From: Bacteroidales bacterium
GTDB taxonomy: Bacteria; Bacteroidota; Bacteroidia; Bacteroidales; UBA10428
Direction: 5' to 3'
Length of the DNA: 64,000 nucleotides
NCBI GenBank assembly: GCA_965230395.1
Contig: CBDDKV010000002.1
Coordinates: 365,905 to 429,904 of the forward strand
The notes under the pieces are model-generated. The model was not told the DNA's origin, searched no databases, and was given only the letters and a program-made list of their open reading frames with translations. Made by a program: the position numbers and the translations under genes. Positions 51,786 through 61,139 of this stretch are shown here, in pieces. The first letter of the stretch is position 1. Every line of letters starts with the position of its first letter.

Positions 51786-52640
51786 ATGCCAAGAACGAAT
51801 TTTAACGAATTATTAGACGCAGGCGTACATTTTGGTCACCTGAAAAGAAAGTGGAATCCACAAATGGCTCCTTATATTTTTATGGAGCGCAACGGAATTC
51901 ACATTATTGACTTACATAAAACTGTAGTTAAGATTGATGAGGCTGCCAATGCCCTTAAGCAAATTGCAAGGTCTGGTCGTAAAATCCTTTTTGTGGCTAC
52001 AAAGAAACAAGCTAAAGATATTGTAGCAAATCAGGTTAAAGAAGTAAAAATGCCATATGTAACCGAGCGGTGGCCAGGAGGTATGTTAACAAACTTCCCA
52101 ACCATTCGTAAGGCGGTTAAGAAGATGACAACTATTGATAAAATGGCAACTGACGGGACTTTTGATAATATGTCAAAAAGGGAAAGGTTACAGATCACAC
52201 GTCAGAGGGCTAAACTGGAAAAAACTCTTGGAAGTATTTCAGACCTTACACGTTTGCCTGCAGCCATGTTTGTTGTAGACATCTCGAAAGAGCATATTGC
52301 AGTGAGAGAAGCTAAGAGACTTAACATTCCTGTATTTGCAATTGTGGATACAAACTCAGATCCAAATGCTGTAGATTTCGCAATTCCTGCAAATGATGAT
52401 GCTTCTAAGTCAATCTCTTTGATTGTAGATATATGTTGCAAAGCTATATCGGAAGGATTAGAGGAAAGAAAGATGGAGAAAGAGAAAGAGGCAGCGTCAA
52501 AAGAACAGGAAAAGAAAGCTAAATCGGAAGAGAACAAGTCAGCAGCAAAAGAGCCTGCAAAAAAAGAAGCTGCAAATAATTCTGAGGGATCTGCTGTAAA
52601 CGATTCCAAAAAAGATAAAGAAGAAACTCAAGAAGATTAA
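51786..52640 (+). CDS. rpsB: 30S ribosomal protein S2
   Basis: AGVHFGH, RWPGGMLTN, VDTNSDP, IPANDDA. Confidence 0.98.
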   Translation: MPRTNFNELLDAGVHFGHLKRKWNPQMAPYIFMERNGIHIIDLHKTVVKIDEAANALKQIARSGRKILFVATKKQAKDIVANQVKEVKMPYVTERWPGGMLTNFPTIRKAVKKMTTIDKMATDGTFDNMSKRERLQITRQRAKLEKTLGSISDLTRLPAAMFVVDISKEHIAVREAKRLNIPVFAIVDTNSDPNAVDFAIPANDDASKSISLIVDICCKAISEGLEERKMEKEKEAASKEQEKKAKSEENKSAAKEPAKKEAANNSEGSAVNDSKKDKEETQED

Positions 52641-52663
52641 AAACTTTTAAACTCCTGAATAAA

Positions 52664-53491
52664 ATGGCACAAATCTCTGCTGCTGATGTAGGAAAACTAC
52701 GTAAAACCACCGGAGCCGGAATGATGGACTGTAAAAAAGCCCTTCAGGAAGCCGAAGGTGATTTCGATAAAGCGATTGAAATCATTCGCAAAAAAGGTCA
52801 AGCTTTAGCTAATAAGCGGGCTGATCGCGAAGCAAGTGAAGGGGCGGTTATTGCCAAACCAAATGCAGATGCTACATTTGGGGCAATAATAGCACTAAAT
52901 TGTGAAACGGACTTTGTTGCTAAAAACGAAGACTTCGTAAAACTTGCTTATTCTATTCTCGACAAAGCAATCGAAACTAAGGCTGCTGATATGGATAGCC
53001 TTAAAAATGAAACTATAGATGGAAAGTCTATTAGTGAAATTATTGTTGAACAAATTGGTGTAATTGGAGAGAAGATTGAGTTGGCGTATTATGAGACAAT
53101 TGAAGCTGACCAGGTGGTACCATACATACACCATGGAAATAGACTGGCTACGCTTGTTGGACTGAACAAAGCTGTTAATACGGAAGTAGGAAAAGATGTA
53201 GCTATGCAGATTGCTGCTATGAACCCTGTTGGTATTGATAAGGGCGATGTTTCTGAAGATGTTATTAATAAGGAAAGAGAAATAGGAAGAGAGCAGGCTA
53301 TAAAAGAAGGTAAACCAGAAAACATTGTAGATAAGATAGCCGAAGGCAAGCTTACTAAGTTTTTCAAGGAAAATACCCTTTTGAATCAGGAATTTACAAA
53401 AGACAGCAAAAAGACAGTACGTCAATTTTTACAAGAAGCTGATAAAGAATTAACTGTTACAACATTTAAGCGTTACTCGCTTAGTGTTTAA
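52664..53491 (+). CDS. tsf: Elongation factor Ts
   Basis: LRKTTGAGMMDCKKAL, NCETDFVA. Confidence 0.98.
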   Translation: MAQISAADVGKLRKTTGAGMMDCKKALQEAEGDFDKAIEIIRKKGQALANKRADREASEGAVIAKPNADATFGAIIALNCETDFVAKNEDFVKLAYSILDKAIETKAADMDSLKNETIDGKSISEIIVEQIGVIGEKIELAYYETIEADQVVPYIHHGNRLATLVGLNKAVNTEVGKDVAMQIAAMNPVGIDKGDVSEDVINKEREIGREQAIKEGKPENIVDKIAEGKLTKFFKENTLLNQEFTKDSKKTVRQFLQEADKELTVTTFKRYSLSV

Positions 53492-53508
53492 TCAAAATAT
53501 TTCTTTAC

Positions 53509-53544
53509 AAAAAAGGCCCATATTTTTATATGGGTCTTTTTTTT
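53509..53544 (+). terminator. Terminator after tsf
   Basis: aaaaaaggcccatat-tttt-atatgggtctttttttt. Confidence 0.85.
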
Positions 53545-53593
53545 GCCTAAATTCTAAATAACTAAATTAGCTTAACATTAATATCTGATAGAA

Positions 53594-54307
53594 ATGCTTA
53601 ATTATAAAAGAATTTTATTAAAGCTCAGTGGTGAAGCTTTACAAGGAAATAAAAGTCACGGAATTGATGAAAAACGACTCGAAGAATATGCACTGCAGAT
53701 AAAGGAAATTCAGGATCTGGGTATTGACGTCGGAGTAGTCATTGGAGGAGGAAATATATTTAGGGGTATTTCTGGTACTGAGGCTGGATTTGACCGGGTG
53801 CAGGGAGATTACATGGGAATGCTTGCAACGGTTATAAATGGGCTTGCGGTTCAAGGTGCAATAGAGAAGCTGGGAGGAAAAGCCGCTTTGTTTACTGCCA
53901 TTGAAATGTCCCCGGTCGGAATTCGTTATTCCAAACGTCAGGTCTTAAAAAGCTTTGAAAATGATGAGGCTGCAATCTTTGTATTTGGTACAGGAAATCC
54001 ATTTTTTACTACGGATACTACGGCTGTATTAAAAGCTGTAGAAATAGGTGCAGAAGTCCTTTTAAAAGGCACACGTGTTGACGGGGTTTATTCTGCAGAT
54101 CCGGAAAAAGATCCGACAGCTACAAAATACCAGACCCTTACTTTTGACGAAGCTTATTCCCAGAATCTGAAAGTAATGGATCTTACAGCATTTACAATGT
54201 GTAAAGAAAATAATTTGCCGGTGGTTGTGTTTGACATGAATAAGAAAGGCAATTTAAGACAACTTATCGGTGGCGAAAAAATAGGCACTTTAATAACGAA
54301 TGGTTAA
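53594..54307 (+). CDS. pyrH: Uridylate kinase
   Basis: LLKLSGEAL, GGGNIFRG, DYMGMLAT, GNPFFTTD. Confidence 0.97.
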   Translation: MLNYKRILLKLSGEALQGNKSHGIDEKRLEEYALQIKEIQDLGIDVGVVIGGGNIFRGISGTEAGFDRVQGDYMGMLATVINGLAVQGAIEKLGGKAALFTAIEMSPVGIRYSKRQVLKSFENDEAAIFVFGTGNPFFTTDTTAVLKAVEIGAEVLLKGTRVDGVYSADPEKDPTATKYQTLTFDEAYSQNLKVMDLTAFTMCKENNLPVVVFDMNKKGNLRQLIGGEKIGTLITNG

Positions 54308-54385
54308 GAAAACTATTTGTGGAATAGACCAGTCCAAATCGATTGATTTTTATATTTTTGTTTAAAGACAAATAATTTAAATTAA

Positions 54386-54949
54386 ATGGAAGAAGAAATT
54401 CAATTATACCTTGACGACGCAAAAGAGAAAATGCAAAATGCTTTATCACACCTTGAAGACGAGCTCTTAAAGGTAAGAGCAGGTAAAGCGTCTCCCAGTC
54501 TCCTTGATGGTATTACTGTTGACTATTACGGAACAATGACTCCATTGAGCCAGGTTTCAAATATCAATACTCCGGATGCAAAAACAATTTCAGTACAACC
54601 ATGGGAAAAGGGAATGATTGAGCCCATTGAAAAAGCCATTTTAGCTTCAAATATCGGTTTAACTCCAATTAATAATGGTGAGTTAATCAGGATTAACATT
54701 CCACCATTAACTGAGGAGCGAAGAAAGGAATTGGTTAAGCAAATAAAGAACTTCGGAGAGAATACCAAGGTAAGTGTTAGAAGTGCGAGACGGGATGCAA
54801 ATGAAGCATTTAAAAAAATGCAGAAGGAAGGGTTATCTGAAGACCTGGAAAAAGATGCGGAGGCTAAAGTGCAGGACATGACAAATGAGTTTATTGGTAA
54901 AGTTGATAAAGTTCTTGAGGTTAAGGAAAAAGATATCATGACAATATAA
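54386..54949 (+). CDS. frr: Ribosome recycling factor
   Basis: RAGKA, VDYYG, PPLTEERRKELVK; TAttTTTG at 54353-60 upstream. Confidence 0.97.
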   Translation: MEEEIQLYLDDAKEKMQNALSHLEDELLKVRAGKASPSLLDGITVDYYGTMTPLSQVSNINTPDAKTISVQPWEKGMIEPIEKAILASNIGLTPINNGELIRINIPPLTEERRKELVKQIKNFGENTKVSVRSARRDANEAFKKMQKEGLSEDLEKDAEAKVQDMTNEFIGKVDKVLEVKEKDIMTI

Positions 54950-55000
54950 TTCATGAGATATCATATTTATCATATCCAATTATTCAAATAAGCTACTAGT

Positions 55001-55285
55001 ATGAAAAAAATAGTTTTTGCTTTTGGGATTTCAGTACTATTTATCTCCTGTAAAGGGGTAAGTCAGGAAGTAATTAATAAAATGGCAGACGAGATGTGCG
55101 AGGCCATGGAACTTCTCAATAGCGATAATCCTATGGGGGATATTGAGGCTGTAGGAGCAATCGTTAAGGTAAGGGAGAACGAAGAATACTCCGATGTGTC
55201 CGAGGAAGATTTAATAAAAGCAATGGAGAAGAATTGTCCTAAGGGGGCAGTAAAGATGAAAGACAATTACATGGAGGAAGAATAA
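55001..55285 (+). CDS. Small hypothetical lipoprotein
   Basis: MKK + hydrophobic stretch + FIS-C lipobox; two further Cys (MADEMCEAM..EKNCP). Confidence 0.75.
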   Translation: MKKIVFAFGISVLFISCKGVSQEVINKMADEMCEAMELLNSDNPMGDIEAVGAIVKVRENEEYSDVSEEDLIKAMEKNCPKGAVKMKDNYMEEE

Positions 55286-55320
55286 ATATAGGCATTCCGA
55301 TAGTCTGGAAGTTATTATAA

Positions 55321-55351
55321 AAGGTCTGGGTATTATTGCCCGGACTTTTTT
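55321..55351 (+). terminator. Terminator after small lipoprotein
   Basis: aaggtctgggta-ttat-tgcccggactttttt. Confidence 0.75.
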
Positions 55352-55400
55352 ATTCCTTATGAAAAAGGATTAAATAATGACCAGTAAAAAAGTGCCTATA

Positions 55401-55433
55401 AAAAGAAAAGCCGCTAATTTAAGCAGCTTTTTT
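55401..55433 (-). terminator. Terminator of the Sia-like operon
   Basis: Minus strand aaaagctgct-taaatt-agcggcttttctttt, 30 nt after the 55463 stop. Confidence 0.65.
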
Positions 55434-55462
55434 AATATAATAATGTATTCCTATTTCCTCAA

Positions 55463-55909
55463 CTAAAGCCTTTCTATAAATGACATTATACCGACAGCTT
55501 CTCCTGCCCGTCCTTCTTTAAAGGAGATAAAAATGTGATAAACCCCTGTTTTTTGACACTTAAAATCAAAAGAGGGATAATCTTTACCTGTATCGGCAAT
55601 ATATGTACTCCCTATCAGGTTGTTCATTTCAAAGAGTTGTAACATGGCTTCTCCGTCCGAGTCAGGAGCTGTACAAATTGTAAACCTGTAAGCCGTGTTT
55701 TTACTAAGTAGCATCGAGAATTTTGCCTGTGGAGGTTTTCCCCCGGGGGTACCTGCGTCAAGTTTTACGGGAAAATCTTTAAGATATGTAACATCTCCTG
55801 CACTGGCAGCACATTGCCCAACAAGTTCCATGTTGTCTTGAGAATGAAGTAGTTCAGGCAGCCCGAAAAAGAAAACTGAAATAAATAGTGCTCTTATTAA
55901 TTGTTTCAT
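55463..55909 (-). CDS. Small secreted hypothetical protein (probable beta-sandwich, 3 Cys)
   Basis: Sec-type signal peptide ending HS-Q; strand-like pattern 'LSKNTAYRFTIC..FDFKCQKTGVYHIFISF'. Confidence 0.8.
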   Translation of the reverse strand: MKQLIRALFISVFFFGLPELLHSQDNMELVGQCAASAGDVTYLKDFPVKLDAGTPGGKPPQAKFSMLLSKNTAYRFTICTAPDSDGEAMLQLFEMNNLIGSTYIADTGKDYPSFDFKCQKTGVYHIFISFKEGRAGEAVGIMSFIERL

Positions 55910-55990
55910 CAGATATTAATTTTAATAATCAAATGCTTTAATGATTCGAGAAGACTATGTGGTTTGAATAAGAGTCATCTTCTAAAAAAA

Positions 55991-56902
55991 TTAAAGGCTT
56001 ATTAACTTATTACGAATAGTTTCTGTCTTTTCAATAATGCTTACAACAAGTTCATCCGTCAATTCAATAATACTCACATCATTTTGAATAATAATCAGCG
56101 TGCCGTCCTTTTCAATTGCTTCGGGCTCGCCCTTCTGAATTGTTATTGAGACCTGTTTTAAATCTTCCTGCAAGATTGAAAGTTCTCTTATAAGGTCTTG
56201 AAAATACCGATCATCTTTATAGTTTTGAAGGAAAATCATAAGTTGGTCGAGAATGATTTTTTGCTCTCCAATTCTTTCTTTAAGTTCCGGGTGTGGTTTG
56301 TCGTTATAAACCTGTGTTGCAAGGTACATACCTTCAATCCAGACTCCTGCAACGATTAATACACTAAGGTTGGTCCTCTGGTTATTTCTTAAGTACCTGT
56401 CCATTTGGTTGAAACTTTGAACAGAAATCAGCATTAGCGAATCCAGGTTCTGGTTATTTTGGGCAAGCCGTTTAAGCGTTGTGAAATCAAAAAACTGGCC
56501 TACATTGATACCGTCTGAAAGGGTTTTTATAGCACTAATGTAATCAAGAACGGTGTTTGTTTTATTATACATGTTCAGATACCCTAAATCGGCACTGTAA
56601 ATACCAAGGTTAAAAGCTTGCTGAACATTTGTTGTAAAATCTTCTATTTTATCTGTATTTGCAAGATACCTGTTTGAAAAATCAACCTCCAGGTGTTTTA
56701 TGAGAGCGGCCATCTCTACCGGAGAAGACATATTGTCTATAAAACCTTCCATTATGTCTTGACCTATTTCTACTACTCCGTGTGTGCTGACGGTATCCGG
56801 AACATCTAATCCCTTACCGGAAGAACCTCCCTGATTTTTACAAGATCCGAAACTAAATAGCACCAACACGCCCAATAGCATATAAAAAGCATTCTTAACC
56901 AT
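55991..56902 (-). CDS. Helical lipoprotein of unknown function
   Basis: Lipobox FGS-C; 'SSPVEMA', 'AFNLGIYSADLGY', 'GVWIEGMY', 'RIGEQK'. Confidence 0.85.
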   Translation of the reverse strand: MVKNAFYMLLGVLVLFSFGSCKNQGGSSGKGLDVPDTVSTHGVVEIGQDIMEGFIDNMSSPVEMAALIKHLEVDFSNRYLANTDKIEDFTTNVQQAFNLGIYSADLGYLNMYNKTNTVLDYISAIKTLSDGINVGQFFDFTTLKRLAQNNQNLDSLMLISVQSFNQMDRYLRNNQRTNLSVLIVAGVWIEGMYLATQVYNDKPHPELKERIGEQKIILDQLMIFLQNYKDDRYFQDLIRELSILQEDLKQVSITIQKGEPEAIEKDGTLIIIQNDVSIIELTDELVVSIIEKTETIRNKLISL

Positions 56903-56979
56903 AGCGTTATAAAAATTAATCTAATAAATCGACCAAAAATCTATCTATAAATATATTAAAAATATGTATTCCTGAAAAT

Positions 56980-59900
56980 CTATTTTTTAGTTAGCTTTTC
57001 ACCAAATACGAGTAACCTTTTAAATACTTCGTAATACAGACTAAAATAAAGTATGCCCGTTAGTATCCATATCGCTACCATATTATAGCCAAATGTATCA
57101 AAATACCTGCCAAATAAAGGTTTACGAGGCGCATAAAAATGGGTGCGAATGTTAAACGGCTTAAGTACGATAGGATCCTGAAAAATTGGGTCTGTATGCT
57201 GAATAAGGTTGTTTTCGTATTCCAGGATTTTATTTTTTTCGTATACTTTCTTCAGGATGTCTGATATATTCTCATTATGATACCTGTCCCGTATTTCCTT
57301 ATATATCTCAGGACGGTGTTCCATCAGGTACGAAATTTTGTTTTGTCTGATTTGATTCGCAATCTGAAATACCTGGGTATAGTATTCATCCAACTGATCT
57401 ATATATTGGTGAACCTTTCTTCCTGCTTTGGAGTCAAATTTTTCAGGGGTCAAAGATTCAACACCTTCAAACATTACCGGCTTAGGGAAAGTGATTTTTT
57501 CCTTTTCTTCTTTTATTTTGTTTTCTTCCAGAACAATTTCAGACAGTTTGTTTTCTTCTCTGATTTCATTATAAATAACCTCAAGGTCATTTCTGGTTAT
57601 ATCTACCTGGTTAATATTCCGGAGTTCTTTATCAACCCTTTCCAGGCGTTCTCTTAATTCTGGTATTAGGTATACTTTTCTAAAGTCGGCTTTACTTTCG
57701 TCTTTTAGTAAAGGATAAAACTCTTTATTAAACTTGTTGTCTTTAAATTGCTTCACCATCAGGGCTTCATAGGACCACTTTGTAGGCATAAATTCAGCGA
57801 TAAATGGCACTTTATCTACCCGTCCTACAGTACGGTTAAGTTTGTCAAAACTAAACATGGCACCACTTAGGATCATCATCGGAATCATAACAAGCGGTAT
57901 AAGAATATAAATGGTAACAGCAGAGTCAAAAGTAGCTGAAATGTTAAGTCCCAGCATATTTGCGAAGGCGGCAGTTGAGAATAAAGCCAGCCAGTAGGAG
58001 AAATTCATGCCTTTTAATCCCAGAATGTTATTTCCAATTAACACAAACAGGAATGCCTGAATGGCACTTATAAGAAACAAGATGCCTATTTTGGAAAGAA
58101 GGTAACTGGATTTACTAAGGTTTAAGAACTTTTCCCGTTTCAGAATTTTTCGATCTTTAAAAATCTCTTCAGCGCTAACCATGAAACCGAGAAATAGAGC
58201 AACAATAAGAGCCATGAAAATATAGATGGAAATATTCTCATTTTCCCTAAAAATGTAAACCTTTGAGTTTGGATCTTCAATGTACCTTATGATATAAGAC
58301 AGAATAAATCCCAGAACCGGGGCTTCCAGTAAGTTGAGGGCGACATATTGTTTGTCCCCTATTTTTGACAAGAAATCCCGGATAGCATATATTCTAAATT
58401 GGGAAAACCAGTTTGGAATATTGAGTGATTTGGGAGGGCTTTCTTTAATTGCTTTTATTTCGTCGTGGAAGAAATTGTTTTGATAGTTTTCTTCCCATTT
58501 TTCAGGTGATACTTTTCTTGTATCGGTATAGTTACCGAATTCATCTACTACATGAGCTTCTATGATGTTGAACAACAATTCGGGATTAACATTACCACAG
58601 GTAGGGCACTCTCCGACATCACTGTTGATTTGGGCATCCATGCGTTTGAAGTACATTACGGCTTCAACAGGGTTGCCATAATATATTTGGTACCCTCCGG
58701 TATCCAGAATAATCATCTTGTCAAACATTTTGTATATGTCTGAAGATGGTTGATGGATAACCACAAATATTAATTTCCCTTTTAAGGCCAGCTCTCTTAG
58801 AAGATCCATTACATTTTCAGAATCTCTGGATGAAAGGCCCGAGGTGGGTTCATCGACAAAGAGAATGGATGGTTCCCGTATTAATTCGAGGGCGATATTT
58901 AGTCTTTTCCGCTGTCCTCCACTTATTGTTTTCTTAAGGGGGGAGCCCACTTTAAGGTCTTTTCTGTCATACAGTCCCAAACTTTGCAGGGTTTTATCCA
59001 CAAGGTCTGTAATATCCTTTTCAGATTTGTCTTTAAAGCAAAGTTTTGCATTAAAGTACAGGTTTTCAAAAACGGTTAATTCTTCGATTAAAAGGTCATC
59101 CTGTGGAATTAGACCGATGACACCTTCAAGTTTGTCTTTTTCGGTGTGTAAGTTTATATTGTTTATTAGAACGTCTCCGGTTGTTGGGGCTTCAATACTT
59201 GACAGGACATTAAGCAATGTTGTTTTTCCGGCCCCACTTGCTCCCATAATCCCAATTAGCCTTCCATGTCCTTCGGAAAAAGAAATATTTCTTAACCCGA
59301 GGTTCCCGTTAGGAAACTGAAAGCTAACATTCCGTACTGTATATGATATTTTACTCGATGTGATATCTGCCATGAAATGGGATACAACATCACTATAGTA
59401 AATAGGGGAGCCTTTAGGCAGTTTAACCGTACTACCATTGGCGAAAAGATATATTCGTTTGTTGCTTATCGGTAATCCATTAAGAAACAAATCTTCCTTT
59501 CCGGTATATTTTAAGAAGTAAAGATCAACGCTTTTTACCCTTAGCAAAAAGATGTTTGTATCAAGGTGCTTGGTATGTATGCGTTTCGCTTTTTCGTATC
59601 GCTCGTGTTTGTCGTTTATTATCAGGATATTATCATTGTCTAGCTCCGCCGATTCATTTTTGATAACAAACAGTTCAATACTCTGAAATTCTTCATGAGA
59701 AATATTAAATACTTCCGCAACGGTGTTAATAATTGCCATCCGCTGATCCGAAAATTTGCGGTCAACGTTAACAATTTCAAAAAGGCGTACAAGCGAAACA
59801 ACCTTTTGTTTCTGGGTTAGTGTTTTATTAATTTTTTTACATAATCCCAGAATTCGGACCGAATCTTTTACGGAAGTAAGTTTTCGTTTCTTCGGGGCAT

Positions 59901-60078
59901 CATCAGTAAGACCAGCATGCTTTTCAAACAGAGCAAAATATTCAGCTACTTTATCAGCAGTAATTTGCTGTTCCAGAAAGTTTTTTACATACTCAACCTG
60001 GGTTTTCTCAACACCTTCATCCTGCTTAGCTATTATAGCAAATAGCTGCATCAGCGCTTTCAGAATTTCTTCACTCAT
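56980..60078 (-). CDS. ABCG-type (NBD-TMD) ABC transporter with TerB-like N-terminal domain
   Basis: Walker A GASGAGKTT, ISGGQRKRLNIALEL, LFVDEPTSGL, VIHQPS; ABC2-type TMD C-terminal to the NBD; about 240-aa N-terminal extension. Confidence 0.88.
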   Translation of the reverse strand: MSEEILKALMQLFAIIAKQDEGVEKTQVEYVKNFLEQQITADKVAEYFALFEKHAGLTDDAPKKRKLTSVKDSVRILGLCKKINKTLTQKQKVVSLVRLFEIVNVDRKFSDQRMAIINTVAEVFNISHEEFQSIELFVIKNESAELDNDNILIINDKHERYEKAKRIHTKHLDTNIFLLRVKSVDLYFLKYTGKEDLFLNGLPISNKRIYLFANGSTVKLPKGSPIYYSDVVSHFMADITSSKISYTVRNVSFQFPNGNLGLRNISFSEGHGRLIGIMGASGAGKTTLLNVLSSIEAPTTGDVLINNINLHTEKDKLEGVIGLIPQDDLLIEELTVFENLYFNAKLCFKDKSEKDITDLVDKTLQSLGLYDRKDLKVGSPLKKTISGGQRKRLNIALELIREPSILFVDEPTSGLSSRDSENVMDLLRELALKGKLIFVVIHQPSSDIYKMFDKMIILDTGGYQIYYGNPVEAVMYFKRMDAQINSDVGECPTCGNVNPELLFNIIEAHVVDEFGNYTDTRKVSPEKWEENYQNNFFHDEIKAIKESPPKSLNIPNWFSQFRIYAIRDFLSKIGDKQYVALNLLEAPVLGFILSYIIRYIEDPNSKVYIFRENENISIYIFMALIVALFLGFMVSAEEIFKDRKILKREKFLNLSKSSYLLSKIGILFLISAIQAFLFVLIGNNILGLKGMNFSYWLALFSTAAFANMLGLNISATFDSAVTIYILIPLVMIPMMILSGAMFSFDKLNRTVGRVDKVPFIAEFMPTKWSYEALMVKQFKDNKFNKEFYPLLKDESKADFRKVYLIPELRERLERVDKELRNINQVDITRNDLEVIYNEIREENKLSEIVLEENKIKEEKEKITFPKPVMFEGVESLTPEKFDSKAGRKVHQYIDQLDEYYTQVFQIANQIRQNKISYLMEHRPEIYKEIRDRYHNENISDILKKVYEKNKILEYENNLIQHTDPIFQDPIVLKPFNIRTHFYAPRKPLFGRYFDTFGYNMVAIWILTGILYFSLYYEVFKRLLVFGEKLTKK

Positions 60079-60116
60079 TTAGTAGCTGGTTTAGTGACAA
60101 TTACTCTTGGTAGTTA

Positions 60117-60497
60117 TTATCCGGAATAAGGAACTTGCTCAAATGGAACATCTACAATATCAGCATATTCTTCTCCGGCTTCTTCCATATCTTCATCGTC
60201 TTCGGGGTAATGCCAGCGGATCAAAACATCGTTTCCTGCTTCATGTATTTCTTCGAGTTTCATTAGAATGTCAAGCAACAGTTTTGAAGAGGCGGTATTG
60301 AAATAAACGAGCTTAAAATTGAATACTGTTTTCCCATTAGGAGCGTCAGCATATTCATCAAGCCAGTTTAATATAGGTTCAAAAAAAGAAGCCACATCTT
60401 CGGGCAGGGAACGCCCTGATATCTCCATTACTTCATTATCCTTATCCAAAATCACTTTAGGAGTATCTTCTGTGCCCTGTATTTTTATTGTTTCCAT
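60117..60497 (-). CDS. siaC: SiaC-family (DUF1987) phosphoacceptor protein
   Basis: 126 aa; 'TPKV..GRSLPED..FFEPILNWL..YFNTASSK..WHY..DEDMEEAGEEY'; the Thr of the NT motif is residue 68. Confidence 0.88.
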   Translation of the reverse strand: METIKIQGTEDTPKVILDKDNEVMEISGRSLPEDVASFFEPILNWLDEYADAPNGKTVFNFKLVYFNTASSKLLLDILMKLEEIHEAGNDVLIRWHYPEDDEDMEEAGEEYADIVDVPFEQVPYSG

Positions 60498-60542
60498 AGC
60501 AACGATTATGTTTTTTATTATCTAGTACTTTTTTTTCAATAA

Positions 60543-61121
60543 TTATTCGTCTCTTCCAATGGTCGAAGTTAATAAAAAGAAGGAAGTATCATCGGATATT
60601 GGTAAGAAGTGGTATTCTAAATCGCGACCTGTTTTTCTTTTTATGTCGATAAACCCAAGACCGGCACCACCTTTTTCAGAAAGGCGCCCCTCCTTCATTT
60701 GCTTCTTATAAAGGGCCTTAAGTTCGTCTTTATTCATTTTATTGATATTCTCAAGCATTTCAGTGAGCTCTTCAATACGGTCATTATCTACAGCATTTCC
60801 GGTAGTCACACTATATTCGTTATCCCCTTTACTTACCAGGAAGATCCCTCTCCCGGAAAATAAGAAGTCGCTTGAAGTGAAGTCGTCTGCATGTTTACTG
60901 ATATTTTGCAGGCATTCGACCATAACGTGGAAAACTTTTCTTTGTACCGTGCCGGGTTCATCTTCTTTTGCCATATTTGACTCAGTTAATGAAGTAAAGG
61001 CCTTGGTAATCTGGTGGGTTATTTCTCCCTCATATACAAGAGTAATCTCATGCGCTTTCATGGATTTGTAGAACTCATAAACAAACTCCAGGAAACCTTT
61101 TACATCTTTTTTATTATCCAT
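60543..61121 (-). CDS. siaB: SiaB-family (DUF6272) GHKL protein kinase
   Basis: 'YEGEIT', N-box 'VMVECLQNISKH', G-box 'GGAGLGFIDIKRK'. Confidence 0.85.
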   Translation of the reverse strand: MDNKKDVKGFLEFVYEFYKSMKAHEITLVYEGEITHQITKAFTSLTESNMAKEDEPGTVQRKVFHVMVECLQNISKHADDFTSSDFLFSGRGIFLVSKGDNEYSVTTGNAVDNDRIEELTEMLENINKMNKDELKALYKKQMKEGRLSEKGGAGLGFIDIKRKTGRDLEYHFLPISDDTSFFLLTSTIGRDE

Positions 61122-61139
61122 AGTTTAACCGTTTTAATA

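Noticed and set aside
52202-54954. Long antisense ORFs (135, 176, 142 aa) over rpsB, tsf and frr
   Set aside because: Typical shadow frames of highly expressed genes; Ser/Phe-rich and motif-free. The same applies to the other short overlapping ORFs in the track.
59650-60078. Tellurite-resistance or anti-phage role based on the TerB-like domain
   Set aside because: No other ter or defence genes nearby; the domain is fused to a transporter in a signalling operon.
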